Origin: Candidatus Terraquivivens ruidianensis
GTDB taxonomy: Archaea; Thermoproteota; Nitrososphaeria_A; Caldarchaeales; Wolframiiraptoraceae
Length of the DNA stretch: 64,000 bases
Direction of reading: 5' to 3'
Assembly (NCBI GenBank): GCA_023267885.1
Contig: JALNLB010000003.1
Span: 12,792-76,791 of the forward strand
Position 1 is the first letter of the stretch, and every line of letters starts with the position of its first letter. The notes under the pieces are model-generated. The model ran no database searches, was not told the DNA's origin, and saw nothing but the letters and a program-made list of their open reading frames with translations. Positions 28,546 to 37,989 of the stretch are shown piece after piece. Both the position numbers and the translations under genes were made by a program.

Positions 28546-29625
28546 TCAAAGCAAGCCCGCTTGAATCAGTGTCGCGACTATCAAAAGGTTTAGGAGCGCT
28601 AGCGGTATCAGGACTCTCCAGCCAAGGTCAAGCAGCTTGTCTAAGGTAATCCTCGGAAACACGCCTCTGAGCAGGAGTACCAAGAAAACAACGATCAGGC
28701 TCTTGAGTATTAACCAGAAAGGCCCCAAGATGCTTTCGGGCACACCCGCTATCGAGGGCCCGTGCCAACCTCCAAGAAAGAGCAGGGCGGTAAGGATTGC
28801 GACGGCATCGAGCTTTATGTAAGCGGCAAGATAGAACAGCGCAAAGTACGCACCCGTGTATTCTGTCTGCCATCCGCTGACTAGCTCCTGCTCAGCCGTC
28901 GGAAGGTCAAACGGAACCCTCTCGACCTCGGCGATGGAGGTTATTAAGAATACGATGAATCCCAAGAGGGCTGGTATTATGAAAGGTAGCCCTGCTTGCG
29001 CCTCCACTATCCTTTCTAAGTTGAATGACCTTGCGGCTAAGGTTACGCTGGCAATCGCCAAGAAGAATGGGACCTCGTAGGAGAACACTTGGAAGGCGAA
29101 CCTGACCATTCCGATGAAGCTGTACTTGCTTCTCGATGCCCATCCGGCCACGAGTATCGTGATTGGTGTTACCGCCAGTATAACAAAGACCAATAGGAGG
29201 CTGATATCCGAGGGATATATCACCCAGCCAGGGCCTAGGGGTAGGAAGGCAAAGGTTAGTATCGAAAGGGCGCCGCACAGGATTGGCATGGAAACGTAAA
29301 GCGGCTTTACGGCCTTCTCGGGGACTATCAGTTCTTTGGACAAAAGCTTCACGGCGTCGGCCACAAGCTGGAGGAGACCTGCATACTTACCTACGTGAAG
29401 GGGTCCTAACCTTACCATCACCCTAGCTAAGAGTTTCCTCTCGAACCATATCGTGAACATGACGAAGGTGAGTATGAAAAGTATCCCAGGAAATACTATT
29501 GCCTTTATGAAAGCATCGCTGTGTAAGAACAGTATGAAGTCTCTCAATGGTTGTGACAAATCGTTAAGGAAGTTGGCAGCGGCCTTTGCGTACTCCTGAA
29601 GAATTGGCGATAACAACCCACTCAT
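28546..29625 (-). CDS. nuoH: NADH-quinone oxidoreductase subunit H
   Basis: 359 aa polytopic protein in the NuoH/ND1 family. Confidence 0.85.
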   Translation of the reverse strand: MSGLLSPILQEYAKAAANFLNDLSQPLRDFILFLHSDAFIKAIVFPGILFILTFVMFTIWFERKLLARVMVRLGPLHVGKYAGLLQLVADAVKLLSKELIVPEKAVKPLYVSMPILCGALSILTFAFLPLGPGWVIYPSDISLLLVFVILAVTPITILVAGWASRSKYSFIGMVRFAFQVFSYEVPFFLAIASVTLAARSFNLERIVEAQAGLPFIIPALLGFIVFLITSIAEVERVPFDLPTAEQELVSGWQTEYTGAYFALFYLAAYIKLDAVAILTALLFLGGWHGPSIAGVPESILGPFWLILKSLIVVFLVLLLRGVFPRITLDKLLDLGWRVLIPLALLNLLIVATLIQAGLL

Positions 29626-29626
29626 C

Positions 29627-29980
29627 TCATATTCCCTGAATCAGCCTCTTTAAGTTTATGCTAACGAATACTGAGGAGAACGCCAGAATTGCTAGGAAGA
29701 TAGTCACCCTCATGAGAGCGTCCGGTGTTTCGAAGATATAGAACAGGGAGACTAGGACGAGTATGGCTATGACCGCATAAACGACGTAGACCAATAGGTA
29801 AGGGAAGTACTGTATGGGGAATTGTAGCGTACGCCACTCGAAGGGTTTTTGGCCACACTCGAAGGTGAGGACTTTCGTCCTCTTGACCCTTCTATGACTT
29901 AATAGCATTCCCAACAGAACGAAGAGCAGCGATACCAAAAACGCCACCACGACGAATATCAGCAAGGCTTTCACGCTCAT
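29627..29980 (-). CDS. nuoA: NADH-quinone oxidoreductase subunit A
   Basis: FECGQKPF motif, 117 aa. Confidence 0.8.
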   Translation of the reverse strand: MSVKALLIFVVVAFLVSLLFVLLGMLLSHRRVKRTKVLTFECGQKPFEWRTLQFPIQYFPYLLVYVVYAVIAILVLVSLFYIFETPDALMRVTIFLAILAFSSVFVSINLKRLIQGI

Positions 29981-29998
29981 GGCAGCGACCCCTCGAAC

Positions 29999-30352
29999 TC
30001 AGAAACCTCGCATCCTCTTAACTTTAAATTCTAAGCCAGTCGACAGTATGTTGGCCCTTACTATCGTGTAGACAGCTTGGCTGACTAGATGGGCATGGGT
30101 TTCCGTGTCTAACTTGCCACCCGCTTGCCTATACGTTGAGTATATGGTATTAACGTTGTCCCTCAAATCCTCGAAACTTGGGAGCTCCTTTCCGTCTAAG
30201 CTTTCGCATAGGTGCTGTGCCTTCTCGACGAAGGAGTAATCCTCGGTCTCGACAAACGCCCTTAGGTTCTTGAGAACATCCTTTATACCGTCTCTCAATT
30301 TGAGCATCTCTTCCCTGAGCCTAATAGGCGAAACCTTCTCGGCCATTACCAT
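29999..30352 (-). CDS. Hypothetical protein embedded in the nuo cluster
   Basis: 117 aa soluble protein with no recognisable motif. Confidence 0.4.
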   Translation of the reverse strand: MVMAEKVSPIRLREEMLKLRDGIKDVLKNLRAFVETEDYSFVEKAQHLCESLDGKELPSFEDLRDNVNTIYSTYRQAGGKLDTETHAHLVSQAVYTIVRANILSTGLEFKVKRMRGF

Positions 30353-31269
30353 ACCAACCTCCTGAAGACCATCCTCGTCCTTTCTATGACGTTAAGCTCC
30401 GGAGGAACGCCGGTAACGTTAAGCTCTTCTGGTCTCTTAGCGAGCATGTTAGGTGTGTATACCAGCTCCCTTCTGCTGATGGCCGATATCTCGAACTCGC
30501 TCGTCATCTCTAGGGCTTGGAATGGACACGCGTCAACACAGAATCCACACATCACGCATCTTCCGTAGTCGACCGACGGGAACAAAGACCTCTTGTTCTG
30601 CTTGTATCCCATGTCTATTTTGCGTACGAGGACCTTCACTGTAAAGTCGTGCTTTGAAAGTTCAACTGACGCAGACTCCGTTGCCGCCTCATGCTTTCTA
30701 AGTTCCCAGCCTGCGGTCCTAAGTTTCTCCACAGCGGTGTAAACCTTCTGGTAGAGAATCTCAACAGCCCTTGCGTCAAAAATTGGCTCGAGGTTCAGCT
30801 TAATTTCATACCCTCCCTCTATCTTTATAACTTGCCTAATATCCGTCGGCGTCCAGAAGAAGGAGCTGAGGGAGTTATACTGGATGTAACTAGGCTCGGC
30901 CGAGAATGAGCTCACGATTGCATCCAAGGCTCCCACAATTTCTGGTGTAGATGCTTTGAAGTGTTCATAACATTTCTCGTCCATAACGATGACGACATCG
31001 AAGCCATAAGTCATCGTTATGGCTTCTGCTATATTCTGACACGCCAAGTCGCAAGAGCCGCAGCCGGTGCACTTTTCCATATAAAGCATGTGCCTTCCTT
31101 TGCTACCAGGATACCCTATGCCTGCCTTAGGGTCGAACCTGTAACCCTCATCTGGTAGGTTCGGAACCTTTTCATACGGCCACTTCACCGTGTAGGGCTT
31201 TAGGAACACGTGCTTCAACCCTGAGTATATCGGCATTAGCGTCCTCTTAACACCCTGAGCTATACCCAT
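30346..31269 (-). CDS. nuoI: NADH-quinone oxidoreductase subunit I with a large insertion between its two 4Fe-4S motifs
   Basis: CTGCGSCDLAC and CVMCGFCVDACP are separated by about 170 aa. Confidence 0.75.
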   Translation of the reverse strand: MGIAQGVKRTLMPIYSGLKHVFLKPYTVKWPYEKVPNLPDEGYRFDPKAGIGYPGSKGRHMLYMEKCTGCGSCDLACQNIAEAITMTYGFDVVIVMDEKCYEHFKASTPEIVGALDAIVSSFSAEPSYIQYNSLSSFFWTPTDIRQVIKIEGGYEIKLNLEPIFDARAVEILYQKVYTAVEKLRTAGWELRKHEAATESASVELSKHDFTVKVLVRKIDMGYKQNKRSLFPSVDYGRCVMCGFCVDACPFQALEMTSEFEISAISRRELVYTPNMLAKRPEELNVTGVPPELNVIERTRMVFRRLVW

Positions 31270-31275
31270 GTGAAC

Positions 31276-32493
31276 TCACCTGTCACACTCTACCGGCCAG
31301 TAATTCAGCGACCAGTATATTATCGGTACGTCCGCAATCCTAACTTCCCTGATTAGGTGAGGTATCGCTATGATGTTCCTGAAGGAGGGCGAGCATATCT
31401 TCACCCTGTAAGGCCTGTCCGTTCCGTCGCTTCTAATGTAGATAGAGCACTGCCCCCTAGCCGCCTCTGCGCTCGCGAAAACCTCGCCAGCAGGAACCCT
31501 TATCGTGACAGGATGCTGCTTCAGCTTGACGGGCCCCTCGGGCATCTGCTCGATGGCCTGCTTGATTATCCTGACGCTTTCCTTCATCTCGTAGTAGCCC
31601 ACCATCATTCTTGAGTAGCTGTCGCATCCCTCCATGGTCGGCACGTTGAACTTGATGTATGGGTACGCATCATAGGGTTCATCTATTCTCGTGTCAGACT
31701 TCACGCCCGAACCCCTCAAGACAGGGCCAACCACACCCAAGGACACCGCATCCTCCTTCTTAAGCACACCGATACTCTTCGTTCTATAGATGAATATCGA
31801 GCTGTCGAGGAGCATCGGATAGTATTCGTCAAGCCTGGTATCGAAGAAGTCGCACACTGCGAGGGCATACTTCCGGAAGTCCTCGGGTACCTCGCCGCCG
31901 GGATAATCCTTTCCCAGCATCATGCGGTAGTACCTCCTGAAGTCTTTCATGAGCTCCTTGGGAACGTTGACTGGCGCATCGTTCCTAACACCACCAGGAA
32001 CGAAGTACGAATGCGTTATCCTCTGACCGCCTATCAGCTGCGTCAGGTCCACGAGGTACTCTCGGTCGCCGAAGCACCACATGTACATCGTCGCGTGACC
32101 TGCGAAGACACCCATCAGGCCCAGCCAGTAAAGGTGGCTGCATATTCTCTGGAGCTCGGCCATTATGACTCTCAGGTATTTCGCCCTTTCTGGAGGCTCA
32201 ACACCCATGAGCCTCTCTACAGCAAGAACGTACGGATAGGTCATGCCGGCAGAGTCGAGTATCGCCGGCCTCTCGAGGTGAGGTATGTTCGTTATCCATG
32301 TCTTGTACTCGCACATCTTCTCCTCGCCCCTATGGACGAAGCCAGGGTCTGGGTCGCACCTAACCACGACGTCACCTACGACTGTGAGTATCATTCTAAA
32401 GTGGCCGGTCCCGGGATGTTGTGGCCCCATGCTGAACGTGAGCGCTGGCCCGCCTTCGTAGACCTCTAACGACTTTACTTCTTCTCTAGCCAT
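31276..32493 (-). CDS. nuoD: NADH-quinone oxidoreductase subunit D
   Basis: 405 aa in the NuoD / [NiFe]-hydrogenase large-subunit-like family. Confidence 0.9.
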   Translation of the reverse strand: MAREEVKSLEVYEGGPALTFSMGPQHPGTGHFRMILTVVGDVVVRCDPDPGFVHRGEEKMCEYKTWITNIPHLERPAILDSAGMTYPYVLAVERLMGVEPPERAKYLRVIMAELQRICSHLYWLGLMGVFAGHATMYMWCFGDREYLVDLTQLIGGQRITHSYFVPGGVRNDAPVNVPKELMKDFRRYYRMMLGKDYPGGEVPEDFRKYALAVCDFFDTRLDEYYPMLLDSSIFIYRTKSIGVLKKEDAVSLGVVGPVLRGSGVKSDTRIDEPYDAYPYIKFNVPTMEGCDSYSRMMVGYYEMKESVRIIKQAIEQMPEGPVKLKQHPVTIRVPAGEVFASAEAARGQCSIYIRSDGTDRPYRVKICSPSFRNIIAIPHLIREVRIADVPIIYWSLNYWPVECDR

Positions 32494-32494
32494 T

Positions 32495-33004
32495 TTAACG
32501 CTCCCTCCCCGGAACTACGTACTCCTTCCTCAGCGGAGGCTTGTCCGACCAAAATTCGGGTAGAATCAACCTCCTTAGGTCTGGATGCCCCTCGAAGCTG
32601 ACGCCTAACATCTCGTAGACTTCGCGTTCATGCATCTCCGCACCTTTCCAAATGTTAACCAAGGATGGCATGATTGGGTTTGAGAGGCTAACCTTCGTTG
32701 ACAATGAGAGCGTCACACCTCTAAGCACATCTGAGGATAGGCTACTGACATGGTAAATTACCTCTAACCCATCTTGTGCCTTGCTGGGCAGCCTTGATAA
32801 ATCCACACTCGTTACACCCTTCACATAATCCATCCCCCATTCCGATTTCAAGTATTGGGCAACATCTTTGATACGGTCAGGAGCGATGAGAATCTTCACT
32901 ATCTTCTTTGGTTCTACAATTACTTCCAGAACTTTATCGCCAAACTTCTCCCTCAAATCGTCGACGAGCTTATTCAAAACATCCTCTGCAACCGACAAGT
33001 TCAC
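32495..33004 (-). CDS. nuoC: NADH-quinone oxidoreductase subunit C
   Basis: 169 aa, positioned between nuoB and nuoD. Confidence 0.8.
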   Translation of the reverse strand: MNLSVAEDVLNKLVDDLREKFGDKVLEVIVEPKKIVKILIAPDRIKDVAQYLKSEWGMDYVKGVTSVDLSRLPSKAQDGLEVIYHVSSLSSDVLRGVTLSLSTKVSLSNPIMPSLVNIWKGAEMHEREVYEMLGVSFEGHPDLRRLILPEFWSDKPPLRKEYVVPGRER

Positions 33005-33684
33005 CTAATCACCTCGTTCATTATCTTGTCCCTAAGCATCAGTATCCCCTGAAAGAGTGTCTCGGGCCTTGGCGGGCATCCAGGTATGTAGACGTCCACG
33101 GGAATTATGTCATCTATGCCTTGGATCACGTTGTACGAGTCCTTCGCGTAAAGTCCGCCGCTTATGGCACAAGCCCCCATGGCTATGACCCACTTCGGCT
33201 CCGGCATTTGGTCATAGATCAGCCTGACCCTTTGAGCCATCTTTGCCGTGACCGTGCCCTCAATCAGGAGAACGTCCGACTGTCTCAACGAGCCAACTGC
33301 CGTAAGCCAGCCGAACCTTTCAGGGTCGTACCTCGGCCCGCTCAGGGCCGCAAACTCAACGGAGCAGCATGCCGTCGTGAGGTGAACGGGCCACATCGAG
33401 CAGAGCCTTCCCCAATTTATTATGTACTTGATAAGCGATAGGTTCTTTAACTTATAAATTACATACCTTAGCCTTCCCTTTCCTTCTTCGTAAACGCATC
33501 CGGGCTTATATCTCCTCAGCACTTCGTCAACATCGCTTCTCGGCACAACCTCCTCCTCAACAGATTCTATCACCGTCTTGGAGTTGCCTAAACTGTAACC
33601 GAAAGTGCCAGCCTTACGGTGAAAGGTTTTCATCGGATAATTGCTATAAATCAAGAAATCGTGCACCCCTGCGATGCCGAGCAT
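33001..33684 (-). CDS. nuoB: NADH-quinone oxidoreductase subunit B
   Basis: Cys ligands (CCSVEF ... GACAISGG ... IPGCPP). Confidence 0.9.
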   Translation of the reverse strand: MLGIAGVHDFLIYSNYPMKTFHRKAGTFGYSLGNSKTVIESVEEEVVPRSDVDEVLRRYKPGCVYEEGKGRLRYVIYKLKNLSLIKYIINWGRLCSMWPVHLTTACCSVEFAALSGPRYDPERFGWLTAVGSLRQSDVLLIEGTVTAKMAQRVRLIYDQMPEPKWVIAMGACAISGGLYAKDSYNVIQGIDDIIPVDVYIPGCPPRPETLFQGILMLRDKIMNEVIR

Positions 33685-33719
33685 ATGGTCCCATATTTAA
33701 ATTCTTGTTAAAGCTTTTG

Positions 33720-34337
33720 CTACAATATACGTCTAGATTTTGAGTAGAGCTTGACGGCGTAAAATAAGACAGTTACCGCGATGGGCACGATTAACAGTAT
33801 AGACCATCTAGGCATGTAAGGAGGTAAGGTTGCGAACGGTGCTGCTAGTGCGGCGACGATCAGCGAGAGGACGAACATGAACGCTATGAACCTTGTGCCC
33901 GACCTAGGGTCCGCGAGCAACTTCAGGAATGACTCCACCAAACCGTCCCTGAGCTTTTTCTCACGAATGGAATACAATCCATAAACTTCCCTACCTACTT
34001 CCTCAAATAGAGCCGGGTCGTCAGCGCCGAAGAAGTCCTCCCTCAACCATGCAGCAACCTCTCCATTCCTTTTTAGGAAAATCCCGTTTCCTATAACTTC
34101 GGCATTAAGGTTCCTGAGCTTCGCAAACTTCCTTGTTAGTGCTACGAAGTTTCTGTCGAACTTGATGTTTGTGCTTCCCGCCATCCCAATTATTGGTTTA
34201 TCGAAGAAGTATACCCTATTGACGACGAAACCGTTCGCCTCGAACTCGGGCATCCTATCCTGAACCGTTATCCTTGGAACGCCTTTCCGTAGTTGCTCCC
34301 TAACATATTCTTGGGCCTTCAGGAAAGCCTCCGACAA
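33720..34337 (-). CDS. Hypothetical C-terminally membrane-anchored protein upstream of nuoB
   Basis: 205 aa with two C-terminal TM helices. Confidence 0.4.
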   Translation of the reverse strand: MSEAFLKAQEYVREQLRKGVPRITVQDRMPEFEANGFVVNRVYFFDKPIIGMAGSTNIKFDRNFVALTRKFAKLRNLNAEVIGNGIFLKRNGEVAAWLREDFFGADDPALFEEVGREVYGLYSIREKKLRDGLVESFLKLLADPRSGTRFIAFMFVLSLIVAALAAPFATLPPYMPRWSILLIVPIAVTVLFYAVKLYSKSRRIL

Positions 34338-34621
34338 CAGCCACCACGGTTTTACTCAGAAGCTTCTAATATTAAAAATTATTACGGTCCCAAAAAATAG
34401 TTATATTTTCCACATGCTGGATTATACGGGAGTTCGATGGTGCTAAGGATATCGATATCCGCGGCTGGCCTCAGGGAGGTTTTCGCGATAGTCGTCCTGT
34501 TTTTGATATTCCTAGCTACGTTAATGATTGTCGTGGTGCTTGCTGCATTCCTTAAGACATTCGGAACAGAAATAAGCAAGTACGTGCTGGACTTGGCCCT
34601 CAGGGTTGTGGGGTAGCCAAA

Positions 34622-35257
34622 TCAGATGTAGTAGTATCTCCTAAGCCCAGCCCTGTAGATTAACGTGATAATTAAGCCCGTGATGAAACCCCCTATATGT
34701 GCGACGTAAGCAACCGAACCAAGCGGCATCGCTATCGCATAAAGTAACTGTATCAGTGCCAGCCCGAATATCACGACGATGGCAGGTGCTGCGACGGGAA
34801 TCAAACCCAAGAACACGAACAGCCTCCTGAATGGAAATAGGACAGCATAGCTCGCCATCACACCGAATATCGCGCCGGAAGCACCTATGGCGGGTCTGTA
34901 CGCATCTTCGGGGAATAAGCCGTATATGTAAGCGGAGTGGAACACGCCTGCGAGTATGCCGGATAGAAAGTACAATAGGGTGAACTTTTTGGAGCCGTAA
35001 GCGATTTCGCAGTCCCTACCAAGGAGAAAGAGCGCATACATGTTGAAAAATATATGGAAAAAATCCGCGTGCAAGAACATGGACGTTATGAGCCCGTGAA
35101 AGGCCATACCGTTCATGATAGATGCAGGAACGACACCAAAGGTATATACCAGCTTTGTCATATCCCTATTCGATAATGTCAGCATGTAAACAAAAACTGC
35201 CAAGTTGATCAGTATGATGGCATAAACCACTTTAGGCCTTTCGTGGACGTAGTACAT
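34622..35257 (-). CDS. Rhomboid-family intramembrane serine protease
   Basis: GASGAIFG (catalytic Ser) and AHIGG (catalytic His). Confidence 0.85.
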   Translation of the reverse strand: MYYVHERPKVVYAIILINLAVFVYMLTLSNRDMTKLVYTFGVVPASIMNGMAFHGLITSMFLHADFFHIFFNMYALFLLGRDCEIAYGSKKFTLLYFLSGILAGVFHSAYIYGLFPEDAYRPAIGASGAIFGVMASYAVLFPFRRLFVFLGLIPVAAPAIVVIFGLALIQLLYAIAMPLGSVAYVAHIGGFITGLIITLIYRAGLRRYYYI

Positions 35258-35437
35258 TCTGCGTGGTGTGTTAGTTCGGCTTTATATATTTTAAACAACA
35301 ACGAAAATTAAATAAGAGCTATGCCATAACATGTTGATGGTGGCGATGAAGAACCAGAGTTACACGGATTAGTGACGAAGAGGCATTTGTCGGAGCCACC
35401 GTTAAACGGCCTGTCAAAAAATTGGTTTAGTAGGTCC

Positions 35438-35767
35438 TTATGCACCGAGTATAAAGAACGCGATGACTATGCCGTAGATAGCCAGCGCTTCGGCGAACGC
35501 AGCGACTATTATCGCCGTGGTCCTTATCTCGGGTCTCTCGGCAGCAGCTGCCAAGCCAGCCGAGCCAGCCCTCGCGATACCGAAGCCAGCCGATATGACA
35601 GCGACGCTAAATGCTATGGCGGCAGAAAGGGTCTTCGGAAAGAGTTCTGGCACTTCTTGGGGAGCAGCGGCCACCGGCGTCATAAATGATGCCACCAAAG
35701 AAAGCACGAGCAGGGACGCAAACACCAACTGACCAATAACACCTAACTTCAACACCCTTAAGCGCAC
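35438..35767 (-). CDS. atpK: A-type ATP synthase proteolipid subunit K
   Basis: Two-helix proteolipid with the AEALAIYG carboxylate motif. Confidence 0.8.
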   Translation of the reverse strand: MRLRVLKLGVIGQLVFASLLVLSLVASFMTPVAAAPQEVPELFPKTLSAAIAFSVAVISAGFGIARAGSAGLAAAAERPEIRTTAIIVAAFAEALAIYGIVIAFFILGA

Positions 35768-35809
35768 CTCTTTTGCGTGAGGCTTTCAGTGCTTAGCATC
35801 TTATAAGGC

Positions 35810-36010
35810 TTATCGCAAAACGTTTCTCTTATACCTTTCAGCAAATACTACCACCAGCACGGTCCAGCATAGCGCGAATATTCCCCAGCCCAAAATTGAG
35901 AACGTATTGAGAAAATCTAACATCCTTAAGATTATCAGCAAAATGATTGGAGGACCTGTGAATAGTATGGCCAACAACGTTGACCTTAGCAGTAGCTCCC
36001 TACGTCTCAT
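35810..36010 (-). CDS. Small membrane protein (66 aa)
   Basis: Two TM helices, in an operon between atpD and atpK. Confidence 0.35.
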   Translation of the reverse strand: MRRRELLLRSTLLAILFTGPPIILLIILRMLDFLNTFSILGWGIFALCWTVLVVVFAERYKRNVLR

Positions 36011-36261
36011 CAGGACACCCAGGATAACCCTCTTAAGGCGCTTAATATTGACGAAAGCCTGCGCCTCCTAAGCCTCTCTTTTTCACACGAGAGAACTTCA
36101 TGGTGAGTTCTCCTAAGCGTGTTCATCTGTGCGGATTGGTCTTGCCTAGTCCTTTCGGCTATCTCCCTTCGGGCGTTAAGTTCTTCCTTTAGCCCCTCCC
36201 TCAATTTTCCGAGAAACTTCTCGGAGAACTTCTTTTTTACGACCTTACCCGAAGCCACCAT
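36010..36261 (-). CDS. Small charged coiled-coil protein (possible A-ATPase stalk component)
   Basis: 83 aa, K/R/E-rich. An SD-like GGAGG precedes its start. Confidence 0.4.
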   Translation of the reverse strand: MVASGKVVKKKFSEKFLGKLREGLKEELNARREIAERTRQDQSAQMNTLRRTHHEVLSCEKERLRRRRLSSILSALRGLSWVS

Positions 36262-36281
36262 ACGAACTCCTTCCTACATGG

Positions 36282-36425
36282 TCACCGTTGCTTACTCAGA
36301 ACCTCATAGGCTTTTTTCAGAATTTCTTCTGTCTTGGACCCTATGTCTTTCACGTACGCCTCCTTCTTATCCTTCACAACCTTCTTGGCCCTCTCGAAGA
36401 CTTTCTCAACCTCCTTAACTTGCAT
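36282..36425 (-). CDS. Unlisted 47-aa coiled-coil ORF overlapping the atpD stop (possible A-ATPase small subunit)
   Basis: I translated MQVKEVEKVFERAKKVVKDKKEAYVKDIGSKTEEILKKAYEVLSKQR. Its ATG overlaps the atpD TAA. Confidence 0.45.
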   Translation of the reverse strand: MQVKEVEKVFERAKKVVKDKKEAYVKDIGSKTEEILKKAYEVLSKQR

Positions 36426-37071
36426 GCGAACCTACCTCCATTAACTCAAGCTTCTTTTTGACGTGCTTCAGCTTGACGAAATCGTCCCTTTCTCTCTCCT
36501 CGAGCGTCATGGATATGAACTTTATCGCGTCCTTGTATTTGGGTATGACGACGTGCTCGAGGGCATTAAGGAGGCGCTGGGTCTTCTTCAACTCCTCGGC
36601 AAGCCTGAAGATGGCGTTCTCGAGTTCTGCTGCCCTGCAGACAGTGCCGACCAACTCCTTGAACATGCTGGCCGCCTCATCCAGCGAGACGGACGTATCC
36701 GCGAAGCCGTAGGTGAGCCCCATCCTTCCGCTATCTACCTCCACTATGGGTATGCTTATCCCTATGATGGTCCTTGATTTTGCCCTGACGGAAACCGTTT
36801 CAGGAACGTTGGCGGCAACACTCTGCAACCTCAAAGGTCCCATGCTAAGCAAGCTCTCATGTAGAGCGCCGTAGGCTTTCATGAGCGGCTCCATGAGTTT
36901 TCGTCTCGCCTCCTCAGCCTCCTCTATGAGCTCGTTCAGCCTCCTTACGAGTATGTCCCTCTTGTCCTCCAGTATCCTGTAAACGTTTTGGGCAACCTGC
37001 AAGGAGCGGCGTATCCTTATCAGCTCCAACTTCGTCGGTAGGTACTTTCCGCCAAAGCTTACGGACAACAC
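36415..37071 (-). CDS. atpD: A-type ATP synthase subunit D
   Basis: PTKLELIRIRRSLQVAQ N-terminus, 218 aa. Confidence 0.9.
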   Translation of the reverse strand: MLSVSFGGKYLPTKLELIRIRRSLQVAQNVYRILEDKRDILVRRLNELIEEAEEARRKLMEPLMKAYGALHESLLSMGPLRLQSVAANVPETVSVRAKSRTIIGISIPIVEVDSGRMGLTYGFADTSVSLDEAASMFKELVGTVCRAAELENAIFRLAEELKKTQRLLNALEHVVIPKYKDAIKFISMTLEERERDDFVKLKHVKKKLELMEVGSHAS

Positions 37072-37116
37072 CCACCACCATTACCCGAAAACTCTATAAT
37101 GCATTTGATGGTAGCA

Positions 37117-37938
37117 TCATAATAAAACAGGCTTTATTTCTTTCTTCACATGAAAGAGGCACTTCTCATGGCCAGTGTTTATACACTCGAGCTCCGTCAC
37201 AGTCCAGTCTCCGCCGAACAACTTTGATAGGTAGCCTACCAAAATGCCCCTGCGTAAGTTGCCGGCTGGTCCATTCACGACGCCTGACAGAAAGGTACAC
37301 TCAACATGTTCCCATATCTTAATACGAAACTCGTCTTTCGAGATAGTGTCAAGCTCATACTTTGAAAACCAACCAAATATCCTTCCTGTTTGTAATGCAA
37401 GCTCTAGTAAAGTTTTCGGCGCCGCTCCAGCCTCTAACAGCGGCTTGTAAGTGTTAGCCATGAATTCTCCCACCGTTAAACCTAAATGATACAGGAAAAT
37501 TGCTGCACCTTCCCCAAACTTTTCGTACAAACCGTTGAATAACCCCTTTAAGTGTGCATAAGTAAAAATCGTAGCCCTTTCGTTAAATATACTGAGCTCT
37601 TCGTAATATTGCGAGAAGGCTGCCGAGCCTACGGAGTTTATACTAAACTCATTATAATCAACATAACAAACTTCATCCATGCTTTCAAGCTCTTTTATCA
37701 AACTCCTAAAATCTGAGACTGGAACATCTGTAACGTCCAAGTAAATCGCATTGAATATGCCTTTGCTTTCTTCTGACGTAGCGCTTGTTATGCAACCAAC
37801 CACGTTAATATTTCGGGTATGTATGGCGTTGAAAACTTTAGCGAGCGTACCAGGAACGTCCTTTAGGATGAGGTTGAGCGTCGTTACTCTTCTACCACGT
37901 CTAAACACCAACAAGGGTAAATCTAAGCTTTTGCCCAA
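37117..37938 (-). CDS. ACT-domain plus V4R-domain protein
   Basis: N-terminal ACT-like LNLILKDVPGTLAKVFN. C-terminal V4R-like region with conserved Cys/His (HVECTF...NTGHEKC). Confidence 0.45.
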   Translation of the reverse strand: MGKSLDLPLLVFRRGRRVTTLNLILKDVPGTLAKVFNAIHTRNINVVGCITSATSEESKGIFNAIYLDVTDVPVSDFRSLIKELESMDEVCYVDYNEFSINSVGSAAFSQYYEELSIFNERATIFTYAHLKGLFNGLYEKFGEGAAIFLYHLGLTVGEFMANTYKPLLEAGAAPKTLLELALQTGRIFGWFSKYELDTISKDEFRIKIWEHVECTFLSGVVNGPAGNLRRGILVGYLSKLFGGDWTVTELECINTGHEKCLFHVKKEIKPVLL

Positions 37939-37989
37939 GCATCAAGCACCGCCAATAAAATAAATTTTTTATTATATAACTATTATTAA

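Noticed and set aside
35372-35732. + strand ORFs of 105 aa and 71 aa
   Set aside because: They are antisense to the atpK proteolipid gene, whose two-helix/AEALAIYG signature is unambiguous.
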